Assembly: GCA_963761305.1 (NCBI GenBank) | Contig: CAVXGK010000002.1 | Location: forward strand, 1,536,001-1,600,000 | DNA: 64,000 nt | Direction of reading: 5' to 3' | Source of the DNA: an uncultured Gemmatimonadaceae bacterium | GTDB taxonomy: Bacteria; Gemmatimonadota; Gemmatimonadetes; Gemmatimonadales; Gemmatimonadaceae | Part shown: one piece after another, positions 38,315 to 47,327 of the stretch | How positions within the stretch are numbered: the stretch's first letter is position 1 | Layout: each line of letters begins with the position of its first letter | The notes under the pieces: model-generated | The model's database searches: none | What the model was told of the DNA's origin: nothing | Seen by the model: only the letters and a program-made list of their open reading frames with translations | Translations under genes and position numbers: made by a program

Positions 38315-38953
38315 GTCGCCGCAACGAGTCGTCGCGTCTCGGTCGTGAGGATGCATGGCGGCCCCGACGACGCCGTCGGGGCCGTTTTCATGGCAACTGT
38401 GCGTCACAGAAATTCGCACCGCTGAGCGCGAGCCAGACGAATGAGCGGTCGATTCGGACACACGAGACACCGCCGTCGGCCGACGAATGGAACGAGCCTG
38501 AGGACCTGTGCGTGCGCGCGTTCGTTGGCGCGCGAATCACGCGACGGACGCCGGCAGGTCCGCGCGGGCGCCGTTCGAAAGCGCCCTCGATGCCGGACCT
38601 CCGCCTCGGCGGAATCAGGGGCGCGGCTCTCCGCCGTGTCTGAACTCTAAGATTTCGCACGTCTGTTCGGCCTGGGAACACTCAGCACACTTCCGCGCTC
38701 CGTGGAATCGCCCCGACCAGTTCGATGCGTTCATTAATGCTTTGCAGACAGAACGACGAACCGCCCAGCAAGTTGCTGCGCTTCAGGGCGGCCGTCGTCC
38801 ATGATATTCACTTGCACCCGCTCGTCGCACGGGTGTATCGAACCGCGAGCCGAGCGTCGGGCTGCGGATGCGATTCCCCTCATCGTTGCACTGGCGGGAT
38901 TCCAGATGCCATCGCCGTGGATCGAGCGCGCGAACCTATTCGGGGTGATTAGA

Positions 38954-41176
38954 ATGGTCGAACAATTGGAAGCCCTGAAAGGAGCGGTGCGGCTCGCAGC
39001 CTCGGCCGTAGCCATCGGGCTGGCAGTGTCCTGCGGGGGAGCGGAACGCGATGGCGGTACGGGGCCGACGTCCATCCCGACCATCGCGCTCGCGACGACG
39101 ACTCAGCTCTTCAGCGCGAATGTCGGAAGCGGCAGCCCCGCGCCCCAATCGATCACCATAACCAACGGCGGAAGCGGCACTCTCGGCGGTTTGGCCGCTG
39201 GCCCGGTGGCCTACGGCTCCGGCCAATCGACCGGTTGGCTCGCCACGAGCCTGAGCGGCACGTCCGCTCCAGCAACGCTCACCCTCACCGCCACTCTCGG
39301 GAGTCTGGCGGCCGGCACGTATTCGGCGACCGTGCCGATTACGTCGTCGGCGCCCGGCGTCACGAACAGTCCGCTGTCCCTCGCGGTGACGTTCACCGTC
39401 ACGCTCGCCGGCGCGGGACCCACACTGAACGTGGCTGGACAGTCGGTGGCGTTTCTCAACTCGCCAGCCTTCAGCACGTCGCTCACCGTGCAACCGGGAT
39501 CGCAGTACCTGATTGCCGTCGTGAACACGGACAACTCCTATACAGCACAAGAAGATTTCACGCTGTCCGCTTCGTTCGGCGGCGCATCGTCCTCACGTGC
39601 CGCTCCTGTCGCGCCACCTGTCTCGCTGGCCAAGACCGCGGAGCCGGGTTCAGCGCTCTCCGTGCCCGGCCTGCCGCGATCGCTGACGGCATTGCGGTCG
39701 GCGTTCCTGAGCCACACGGCCATGCTCGAGGAGAACCGCAAGACCTTCGCGCGCATGGGGAGCCCGCTCAGGGCGTGGGCGAAGGCGCGCGCGCAGTCGA
39801 AGGGGCTCGAGCTCCCCGCCAGCGCAGCGGCCGTCGTATCGCCGGCCGTCGGCACGGTCAGCAAGGTGTACGTGCGCAACTCGATCACCGGCGGTTCGTG
39901 CACAACGGTAGACTCGATCGGTGCGCGCGCCGTGGCGGTGGGACAGCACGTGATCGTGCTTGCCGACACCAACCGGCGCACGTGGCCCGACAGCCTGCGG
40001 CCCGATTCGTCGTGGTACCAGACGTTCGTCTCGGAGTACGACGCGCTCACGTACCCGCACATCCTCAACAACATCGGCAACCCGCTCGGCCTGGACCAAT
40101 CGCTCTCCAAGCTGGGCAAGATCAGCGTCGTCATCACGCCCGTGCTGAACAACTTTCCCGGGAACGGCGGCTCGGTGGTGGCGTTCGTGAACGGCTGCGA
40201 CTTCTTCCCGTTCGCGACCAGCGGCGTCGACGCCGATTATAGCAACCAGACCGAGATGTTCTACTCGTGGGTACCCGGGAGTGGCGGCTTCTCCGTGCCC
40301 GACTGGGAAGCGGGCCTCCGCGCGACGGCGGCGCACGAGTCCAAGCACATCGTCTCGTACACCGATCGCATCCTCAACAACAGCCCGGTGTTCGAGGAGA
40401 TCTGGCTGGAGGAGGGGCTGGCGCAGGAATCGTCGGAGATCTGGGAACGCAACTTCAATCAGGCCACTTGGCTGGGGCACGCGAACTTCCTCCAAACGGC
40501 TGCGTGCGAGATTCCGCTCGGCGCCAACGCGCCGTGTGATGTGGCGAACAACAAGCCGCTCGCGCTTCTGGTCAGCCATCTGCCGTTCTTCTGGGACTAC
40601 CTGGCGGCGGAGAACTCGAATTCCGAGGGACTCGGCCTGGACACGCCCTCGAACTACGGCGCCGGCTGGACGATCGCTCGCTGGGCCACCGATCAGTACG
40701 CGCAGGGCATCGGTGAGGCGGCGTTCATCAAATCGCTCATCAACGATCCGTCGCTCAGTGGGCTGGCGAACTTGAGCGCGCACACGGGTCAATCGGTGGC
40801 GACGCTGCTCGTCTACTGGAACCTCGCCACGGCGATCTTCCAGACTCCCAGTTACACCGCGGCCGACGTGCGCACGACGATTCCGAGCTTCAACTTCGCC
40901 GACATCTTCAACGTCGGGCAAACCAAGCTCACGTGCAGCGGCACGCCGTGCGGGTTATTCACGCAGTCGGGATCTCCCGTATACCCGATCCAGCCGATCA
41001 CCATCACCGCCGGCGCGTTCACGAAGACCGTGCGAGCAGTGCCGGGCACGTCGGCGTCATTCTTCCTGCTCTCTGGCGCGACGGCGGGCACGGAAACGCT
41101 CCAGCTGCTCAGCGGCTCCGGCGGCGCGCTGTCCCCGAGCAGTGGCTTCCGCGTCGCCATTCTGCGGGTGCAGTAG
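38954..41176 (+). CDS. Lipoprotein zinc metallopeptidase (HExxH..E) with N-terminal BACON-like Ig domain
   Basis: AVSC lipobox; QSITITNGGSGTL..WL..GTYSATV; AHESKH..WLEEGLAQ. Confidence 0.72.
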   Translation: MVEQLEALKGAVRLAASAVAIGLAVSCGGAERDGGTGPTSIPTIALATTTQLFSANVGSGSPAPQSITITNGGSGTLGGLAAGPVAYGSGQSTGWLATSLSGTSAPATLTLTATLGSLAAGTYSATVPITSSAPGVTNSPLSLAVTFTVTLAGAGPTLNVAGQSVAFLNSPAFSTSLTVQPGSQYLIAVVNTDNSYTAQEDFTLSASFGGASSSRAAPVAPPVSLAKTAEPGSALSVPGLPRSLTALRSAFLSHTAMLEENRKTFARMGSPLRAWAKARAQSKGLELPASAAAVVSPAVGTVSKVYVRNSITGGSCTTVDSIGARAVAVGQHVIVLADTNRRTWPDSLRPDSSWYQTFVSEYDALTYPHILNNIGNPLGLDQSLSKLGKISVVITPVLNNFPGNGGSVVAFVNGCDFFPFATSGVDADYSNQTEMFYSWVPGSGGFSVPDWEAGLRATAAHESKHIVSYTDRILNNSPVFEEIWLEEGLAQESSEIWERNFNQATWLGHANFLQTAACEIPLGANAPCDVANNKPLALLVSHLPFFWDYLAAENSNSEGLGLDTPSNYGAGWTIARWATDQYAQGIGEAAFIKSLINDPSLSGLANLSAHTGQSVATLLVYWNLATAIFQTPSYTAADVRTTIPSFNFADIFNVGQTKLTCSGTPCGLFTQSGSPVYPIQPITITAGAFTKTVRAVPGTSASFFLLSGATAGTETLQLLSGSGGALSPSSGFRVAILRVQ

Positions 41177-41670
41177 TGCCTCGGAGCCACGCGGCGCTGG
41201 CGTGCGTGGCTCTGGCTGCGAGTCTGATCGTTCCCGCGTGTCACCGCGCGGCCGCGAGCGTGTCCAATGGATCGCGCGCGCCGGCAGATTCGCTCGAGGG
41301 CGTCGTCCAGGTAACGGGAACCGACCCGTTGCTGCAGACGACGCTGGCGCCTGACAACGGGGGCCGCGCCGTCACACTCGACGGGCCGGCGTCACTCCGA
41401 CGCCTGACCGGTTTGCGAATCGCCGCCGTTGGCACGCTTACGGGAAGTCATCTTTCCGTTGCGCGATTCACCGTGCTTGCTGCCAGCGGCGTTGCTGCTA
41501 CGGACGGCACGCTCGCTCAGAGCGGCGATGCCATCGTGCTCGTCACCGCGACCGGCAAGCGATATGTACTGGTGAACCCGTCTCCTGTTCTGCGCGGCGA
41601 CGTTGGGCATCGCGTCTGGGTATCGGGCACTCTGGACAGGGAGCCCGTTGCGTACGGGATTATCGACTGA
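41176..41670 (+). CDS. Hypothetical lipoprotein
   Basis: GTG overlaps the upstream stop; IVPAC lipobox-like; followed by a hairpin. Confidence 0.65.
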   Translation: MPRSHAALACVALAASLIVPACHRAAASVSNGSRAPADSLEGVVQVTGTDPLLQTTLAPDNGGRAVTLDGPASLRRLTGLRIAAVGTLTGSHLSVARFTVLAASGVAATDGTLAQSGDAIVLVTATGKRYVLVNPSPVLRGDVGHRVWVSGTLDREPVAYGIID

Positions 41671-41679
41671 CCTCGGCGG

Positions 41680-41708
41680 GGCCCCGATATCGATGTCGGG
41701 GCCGCTTT
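41680..41708 (+). terminator. Putative terminator hairpin
   Basis: GGCCCCGATA-TCGA-TGTCGGGGCC followed by GCTTT. Confidence 0.55.
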
Positions 41709-41968
41709 CGCAGTAACCATTCGCCACAAAGAGCACACGCTGACGCGGACCGCGTTGACGGACGGTCAGGGCAGACGCATGAGACATCGCCATCGGGCAG
41801 CCAATGGATCGACGGCTGAGCACCGAGGCATGCACGCGTTGTCCGCATGCGTTTGTCCCCGCGCGATCGTCGCGCAAATTATTAGTTCCATGAACGGCGG
41901 CTCGTGGTATTCGGCACTGATCGTGCGGCGAAATCGGCGAACCAACGCCTCACCTTCCGGAGGACACT

Positions 41969-42328
41969 ATGGCGCTACAGACGCAGACCGAGCACTCGCA
42001 CTCGGCCCACCCGCACGTACACGGACCCAACTGCGGCCACGCCCGTGTGCAGCACGACGGGCACCAGGATTATCTCCACGATGGGCACCTTCACTTCCAG
42101 GATGGATCGAAGGTGGAGGAGCACAAGATCGGCGTGAACGCGACGAATCCCGCGGCGTGCACGCCCGATCACCAGTGCAGCGGGCACGACAAGTCCCACC
42201 ACCATGGCGCGGGCTGCGGCCATGAAGCGGTGCCGCACGGCGACCATATTGATTACGTGGTTCAGGGACACCTGCATCACACGCACAGCGGCCATTGCGA
42301 CGATCACGGACCGGTGACGATCGCGTGA
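41969..42328 (+). CDS. Small His/Cys-rich putative metal-binding protein
   Basis: 26 His and 5 Cys in 119 aa; two copies of HGxxCGHxxVxHxxHxDYxxxGHLH; GGAGG RBS. Confidence 0.85.
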   Translation: MALQTQTEHSHSAHPHVHGPNCGHARVQHDGHQDYLHDGHLHFQDGSKVEEHKIGVNATNPAACTPDHQCSGHDKSHHHGAGCGHEAVPHGDHIDYVVQGHLHHTHSGHCDDHGPVTIA

Positions 42329-42335
42329 TGCGTCT

Positions 42336-42373
42336 GCCGCGTGCCGGCCGTCCTCCGACGGCCGGCATGCGGC
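42336..42373. terminator. GC-rich hairpin between convergent genes
   Basis: GCCGCGTGCCGGCCGTC-CTCC-GACGGCCGGCATGCGGC. Confidence 0.65.
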
Positions 42374-42374
42374 G

Positions 42375-43340
42375 TCAGGGCACGTGCGGCGTCATCATCC
42401 GACCCATCTCCTTCCACTCGTCGACGCTGATCACACCGGTCGTATCGTCGCGATAGGCTGCCGCCGCGGCGAGAATCGCGGCGCGCTTGCGGGACGCGGG
42501 CACGATGTTCGACGCCAGAATGTCCGAGACGACGTCGTGCAACGAGTGCAGATTGTCGAACACGATCGCCGCGACGGGATACCGTTCGGTGAATAGCGGC
42601 GCCGAGCCCGGCGACATCGGCATTTCGGTCGGCATGTGCGCCGGCGCGCTGTCGAGCATGCGGAAGAACGCCGCAACCTTCGCGTCGACGGCGGACTGAA
42701 GCTCGCGCTCGGAGCGACCTTCGATCAGCGCATCGTAGAGCGACATCTGCAACCAGTGATACGACCACAGCAGTCCGTTGAACTTCGGATCCTGCCGGCG
42801 AAACGCCAGTGAATACGGCTGCCCTTCCATCAGCTCCATGCTTTTTGGTCGCGTGCTGAACGCGAGGTCCTTTCGCGACAGGTAGTACCGAAGCGCCTGC
42901 GCGACCGCTGAGTCGCGCTGCCACCAGGTCAGACCGTAGCCACCCCAGATGTCGTACAACTGGCGATGGAACGCGTGCGCCCAGTCGAACATCGCCGCGA
43001 CCTCGGGCACCAACTTCACGTAGTCGGGGCCGATCGCCGCCTCCTCGAGTGGAACGTTCGGCGGATGCCGCAACACCGACTTCGTAATGAACTGGAACTC
43101 ACCCGACTCCAATCGCCGAGCCGCGTCGGCGCGCGTGAGCAACGTCTCATATAGAATGGCGTGCCCGTAGTCGAAGCCGTTGAACAGACGGTCGGCCTGC
43201 GGGAAATGCTCTCGAAACGACCAGTTGTACTGCGCGGCCCAATACGACTGCTCGTACGTGCGCGCGACCGGCCGGGCGCACGACACGGCGACGAACGCGG
43301 CCGTCGTCACACACAGAATCGAGACGCGCGCCGCGATCAT
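42375..43340 (-). CDS. Hypothetical helical lipoprotein with His motifs
   Basis: VAVSC lipobox; FDYGHA, FDWAHAFH, YHWLQ, FDNLHSLHD; ATGA overlap with the upstream gene. Confidence 0.75.
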   Translation of the reverse strand: MIAARVSILCVTTAAFVAVSCARPVARTYEQSYWAAQYNWSFREHFPQADRLFNGFDYGHAILYETLLTRADAARRLESGEFQFITKSVLRHPPNVPLEEAAIGPDYVKLVPEVAAMFDWAHAFHRQLYDIWGGYGLTWWQRDSAVAQALRYYLSRKDLAFSTRPKSMELMEGQPYSLAFRRQDPKFNGLLWSYHWLQMSLYDALIEGRSERELQSAVDAKVAAFFRMLDSAPAHMPTEMPMSPGSAPLFTERYPVAAIVFDNLHSLHDVVSDILASNIVPASRKRAAILAAAAAYRDDTTGVISVDEWKEMGRMMTPHVP

Positions 43341-44323
43341 TGGCCAAACAACGGACGGGTCGCCATCTCGTAGCTCGCACCCAGGGTGAACGAGAACGAA
43401 CGCAGCACGCCGGCGAAGTGCCACGCGCCGCCGGCGTCGACGGCAACGATTGGCGTCACTTGGCGTCTCACCCCCAGTTCCGCCGACACGTCAGGTCGCG
43501 GGTACAAGCCGACGAATCGCTCGGCGAACGCGTCGGCGGTGATCATCGTCGAGCTGAGCCCGAAGGAGTGATCGTAGCCGACGCCGGCGAACCAATGTCC
43601 GCCGCTGAGACTCGTGCGCGCGCTCACCGTCGAATCGATCTGCTCGACGGGCGGCATGCAGAAGCGAGACGCTCCTCCACGCGGCGCCGTCGTCACCGAA
43701 CACGGTGCGTCGATGACGCCCCCCGGCGGCAGGTTGCTGCACGGCGTTCCCGCGAGGCGAACGGTGCCGGGCGAGCTGCAGCTCGAGTCAGCGATCGGAG
43801 CGCCCAGGCGAACCGAGTACGTGCCGCCCGCCGCGTTAAAATGGAACCGACCGATCGACGTGGTCTTGGTGGCGAGCAGCTTGAGCGAATAGGAACCCAC
43901 CGGCCCAGCGAGCGAACCGGCCGGCACGAGCCACTCGCCGGACACGGCGACGGCCGGAATGCTCGGGGTCTCGACGTTGAAGGCGTGGAGGAATCCCAGG
44001 CCGATGCCGCCGAGTCCCGTGGTGGATCGCGCGCCCAACCCTCGCGGCGGAATGACGTGGACGACTGGAATCCTCAATTCCAGTTCTGTGAACGGGAGCG
44101 CGCCGTACGAGACGCGCGGCTCGGCGCGTAACCGACTGGTCCCGTTGATCAGGCGCTCGTACTGCAGCGACGAAGGATCGATGTCGAGGCTGTAGAGCGG
44201 CGTCGGGATCGCGTCCTCGACGCGCCCGGGACGGTTGGCGTCGAGGTTGAAGTACTGCGTCTGCGCGTTGGCTGATTCTCCCACCACGCAGAGAACCGCG
44301 ACGAACCATGGACCCAGTCGCAT
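43337..44323 (-). CDS. Putative outer-membrane beta-barrel protein
   Basis: Signal peptide; alternating amphipathic strands (ELELRIP, RFHFNA, SAELGVRRQV, FTLGASYE). Confidence 0.65.
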   Translation of the reverse strand: MRLGPWFVAVLCVVGESANAQTQYFNLDANRPGRVEDAIPTPLYSLDIDPSSLQYERLINGTSRLRAEPRVSYGALPFTELELRIPVVHVIPPRGLGARSTTGLGGIGLGFLHAFNVETPSIPAVAVSGEWLVPAGSLAGPVGSYSLKLLATKTTSIGRFHFNAAGGTYSVRLGAPIADSSCSSPGTVRLAGTPCSNLPPGGVIDAPCSVTTAPRGGASRFCMPPVEQIDSTVSARTSLSGGHWFAGVGYDHSFGLSSTMITADAFAERFVGLYPRPDVSAELGVRRQVTPIVAVDAGGAWHFAGVLRSFSFTLGASYEMATRPLFGQ

Positions 44324-44367
44324 GGCGGGAGGGTATCACGTCTGCCGCGGCACCGGGCCCGAGCGCC

Positions 44368-44398
44368 AACGAATGGTCGCTTTGGGCGCACGAGTGGT
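44368..44398 (-). promoter_or_regulatory. LytTR-type direct repeats, 21-bp spacing
   Basis: Minus strand ACCACTCGTG and ACCATTCGTT; -10 candidate TACCCT at 44335-44330. Confidence 0.6.
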
Positions 44399-44452
44399 CG
44401 CACGCGTCCACCGCCTTTCCCTGCCGTCCAGCACATGCTACTTCAATACGGC

Positions 44453-46393
44453 ATGAACGCTCGCGACCTCACCGCCCTGGTCCACCTCGTCGGCTTCGGC
44501 ACCGGCATCGTGCTCTACGCGATGCTCGGCGTCATGACGCGGCGGCGCCTCTCGCACGTGACGGAAACGGCGGACAGACAGAAGGCCGATCGCGTACCGC
44601 TGGCGGCCAGCTTGCTCGGCGTGATCTGGAACGTCGGCGCGATGGTCGTCTTCGCCGCGCGCGACTTCGGCGCGACCTACGAGCTGACCTGGGTCGCGGC
44701 GATCGCCTACGCGGCACTCGGATTTCTTCCCGCCGTCGTCGTGCACTCCACGCTGCGAAGAACCAAGCGCGCCGATTTCGCGTGGTTCCTCGGCATCGCC
44801 TACTCGGCGAGCACCGTCGCCGCGGCGATGCACGTCGCTGACGCGTTGCGCGGAGAGACGCCCTCGTCGGCCGGTTTGCTCCTGCTGACGATCACATACG
44901 GTGTATTGCTCGGGGCGCTGGCGATCACGGAGCGTCGGCGTCCCGGCTTTCAGCGAACGATTCTCGCCGTCGCGCTCGCCGCCTTTGCTGTGTCGGCGCT
45001 TCACCTGAGTCGCAATCAGGGCAGCGCCGATCAGGGCCCGTGGCTCGTCGAGCTCATCGGTCACCACGCGTCGCTCCCGCTCGTGTTGGCGATCCTCTAC
45101 CAGGATTACCGTTTCGCGTTCACCGACCTGTTTCTCAAGCGCGCGCTTTCCCTCTTGGCGCTTGTCGGTCTCGTGTCGTTGCTGTATGCGCTGATCGCGG
45201 CGCCGCTGGTCGATCCGCACGCGTTGGCGGCGCGGCAACTGTCGCGCGACGGTTCGCATCTCTGGTCGACCGGCGCGCTGCTCGGACTGTGGATCGTCAC
45301 CGCGCTGGCCTATCCGTTCATCCAGCGCCGCATCTACCGATTCGTCGACCGCGTCATTCTGCGTCGCGCGGACTACCGCGCGTTCCGCGGCGAGTTGGCG
45401 AGCGCGCTGAGTGAGTCTCGGACGCCGGATGCAGCGCTCGAGGTGACCTGTTCTTTGCTCGGGATCGCGCTGGGAGCGAGCGGCGTCACGTGGCGGGCGG
45501 CCGAATCGCCTCGGGTGCAGGGCGACGCCGTCATCGAAGTCGACCCGCGGCGAACCGGCGCACTCATCGGCGTGCGGACCGCGCTCGATCCGACGTTCCA
45601 GATTCGAATCGACGAGTTGAGCGGCGGACGCACGCTCCTGTCGGACGACTTCGTGCTCATCGACGCCGTGGCGGCGCTGGTTGGCCGGCGTATCGACGAG
45701 CTTCGTCTCGAAGCGGAGCATCGCGCGCACGAACAGCGCGAACAGGAAATGCGACAATTGGCGGCCGAGGCGGAGTTGCGTGCCCTGCGCGCGCAGCTCA
45801 ACCCGCATTTCTTGTTCAATGCCCTGAACACGCTCGGCCATCTGATGCAGACCGCGCCCGAGCGCGCGTTGGACACGCTGTATCAACTCACGAACTTGCT
45901 GCGCAAGGTGCTCCGCCGGACCGATGGGGGCTTCGTTGCGCTTCGTGACGAGCTGGACATCGTCGAGGCGTATTTGGCGATCGAGCACGCGCGATTCGAA
46001 GAACGACTTGTCGTTTCCATCGACGTACCTCACGAGCTGTGGCATGCCCGGATTCCGCCGCTCCTGTTGCAACCGCTCGTCGAGAATGCGGTCAAGCACG
46101 GGATCGCGCCGACGCGCGAAGGCGGCCGAGTGTCCGTGTTCGCGCGGCGGTCGGACGGCGACGACGCCGACGCGTTCCTCACGCTGATCGTCTCCGACAC
46201 CGGTGCCGGCTGGACGGGCGGCAGCCTCCGCGATACGCGCGGCGGGGTCGGGTTGGACAGCATCGAGAGTCGTCTTCGACACTACTTCGGCGCCGCGGCC
46301 GCGATGGCGATTCGTCCGACCGTCGGCGGCGGCACGACGGTCGAGCTCTGCGTCCCGTGGGTCCACGACCGTCCAATCGCCGCGGCCAGCTGA
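44453..46393 (+). CDS. LytS/YehU-type membrane sensor histidine kinase
   Basis: Multi-TM N-terminus; LRAQLNPHFLFNALN, LQPLVENAVKHG, DTGAG, GVGL. Confidence 0.93.
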   Translation: MNARDLTALVHLVGFGTGIVLYAMLGVMTRRRLSHVTETADRQKADRVPLAASLLGVIWNVGAMVVFAARDFGATYELTWVAAIAYAALGFLPAVVVHSTLRRTKRADFAWFLGIAYSASTVAAAMHVADALRGETPSSAGLLLLTITYGVLLGALAITERRRPGFQRTILAVALAAFAVSALHLSRNQGSADQGPWLVELIGHHASLPLVLAILYQDYRFAFTDLFLKRALSLLALVGLVSLLYALIAAPLVDPHALAARQLSRDGSHLWSTGALLGLWIVTALAYPFIQRRIYRFVDRVILRRADYRAFRGELASALSESRTPDAALEVTCSLLGIALGASGVTWRAAESPRVQGDAVIEVDPRRTGALIGVRTALDPTFQIRIDELSGGRTLLSDDFVLIDAVAALVGRRIDELRLEAEHRAHEQREQEMRQLAAEAELRALRAQLNPHFLFNALNTLGHLMQTAPERALDTLYQLTNLLRKVLRRTDGGFVALRDELDIVEAYLAIEHARFEERLVVSIDVPHELWHARIPPLLLQPLVENAVKHGIAPTREGGRVSVFARRSDGDDADAFLTLIVSDTGAGWTGGSLRDTRGGVGLDSIESRLRHYFGAAAAMAIRPTVGGGTTVELCVPWVHDRPIAAAS

Positions 46394-46394
46394 A

Positions 46395-46446
46395 TCCGAT
46401 CGACCACCGATGCCGACCGATCGTTCGCAAGAATCAACCATTCATT
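46395..46446 (+). promoter_or_regulatory. Three LytTR-type direct repeats, 21-bp spacing
   Basis: TCCGATCGAC (46395), ACCGATCGTT (46416), ACCATTCATT (46437); -10 candidate TATTCT at 46478. Confidence 0.6.
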
Positions 46447-46544
46447 GGAGCGCGATGGCGACGGATCCGCGATCGTCTATTCTGCCCTCGAGTGATGACC
46501 ACCATCATCCCCACCCGCGAGGCTCCGGTGCCGCAACGGAGTCG

Positions 46545-47324
46545 ATGAACCAGCTGCGCGTCATCATCGCCGACGACGAACGACCGGCGCGGGCATTCCT
46601 GTCGTCGATCCTCGTCAACTTCGAGGACGTGGAGCTCGTCGGCGAGGCGGCAAGCGGCGCCGAGTGCGTCGAGCTCATCGAGCAGGTGAGCCCGGACCTG
46701 GCGCTCATCGACCTTCAGATGCCGGAGGTCGATGGATTGGGCGTCGTTCGCCTCATTCGCAAGGAGCGCCTGCCGCTCGTCGCGTTCGTCACCGCCTTCG
46801 ACGAGTACGCGGTTCGCGCCTTCGAGATGAACGCGGTCGACTATCTCCTCAAGCCGGTCGACGCGGTCCGTCTGAGAAACACGGTCAACCGCGCGATCGA
46901 ACGGCTCGAGCGCGCCGATCTGCGGCCGGGCGACCGCGACCGAATTCGGGCCGCGGCGACCGAGTACGCCGCATCGTTGCCACCGACAACGTTGCGACGC
47001 ATCCCCGTTCGCAAACGGGACGACATCTATCTGGTGCCTGTCGAGCAAGTCGTCTCGGTCATCGCCGACGGCGAACTCTTGCACCTCACCACTCGACAGA
47101 ACGAGCGCTACACGATCACGTACCGACTGAAGGATCTCGAACACCGCCTCGACCCGGCGCAATTCGTTCGGATCTCCCGCGGCACACTGCTCAACATCGG
47201 GATGATCCAGAAGATCACCCCGATGCCGGGCGGTACGTACGTGGCGGTCACGCACGCCGGCACGCAGCACCAGGTGAGCCGCATTCGCGGCCGCGTGCTG
47301 CGCGACCAGCTGCTCAGGCTGTAG
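46545..47324 (+). CDS. LytTR family response regulator
   Basis: IIADDE, IDLQMPEVDG, TAFDEYAVRAFEMNAVDYLLKP, FVRISRG, VSR. Confidence 0.93.
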   Translation: MNQLRVIIADDERPARAFLSSILVNFEDVELVGEAASGAECVELIEQVSPDLALIDLQMPEVDGLGVVRLIRKERLPLVAFVTAFDEYAVRAFEMNAVDYLLKPVDAVRLRNTVNRAIERLERADLRPGDRDRIRAAATEYAASLPPTTLRRIPVRKRDDIYLVPVEQVVSVIADGELLHLTTRQNERYTITYRLKDLEHRLDPAQFVRISRGTLLNIGMIQKITPMPGGTYVAVTHAGTQHQVSRIRGRVLRDQLLRL

Positions 47325-47327
47325 CGC

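Noticed and set aside
41860..41930. LytTR-type boxes upstream of the His-rich gene
   Set aside because: The similar 10-mers are 19 bp apart, not 21, and lack the matching -10 spacing.
46455..46544. His-rich N-terminal extension (DDHHHPHP) of the LytTR regulator
   Set aside because: That ATG lies upstream of the predicted -10 at 46478, so 46545 is the more plausible start. Not fully excluded.
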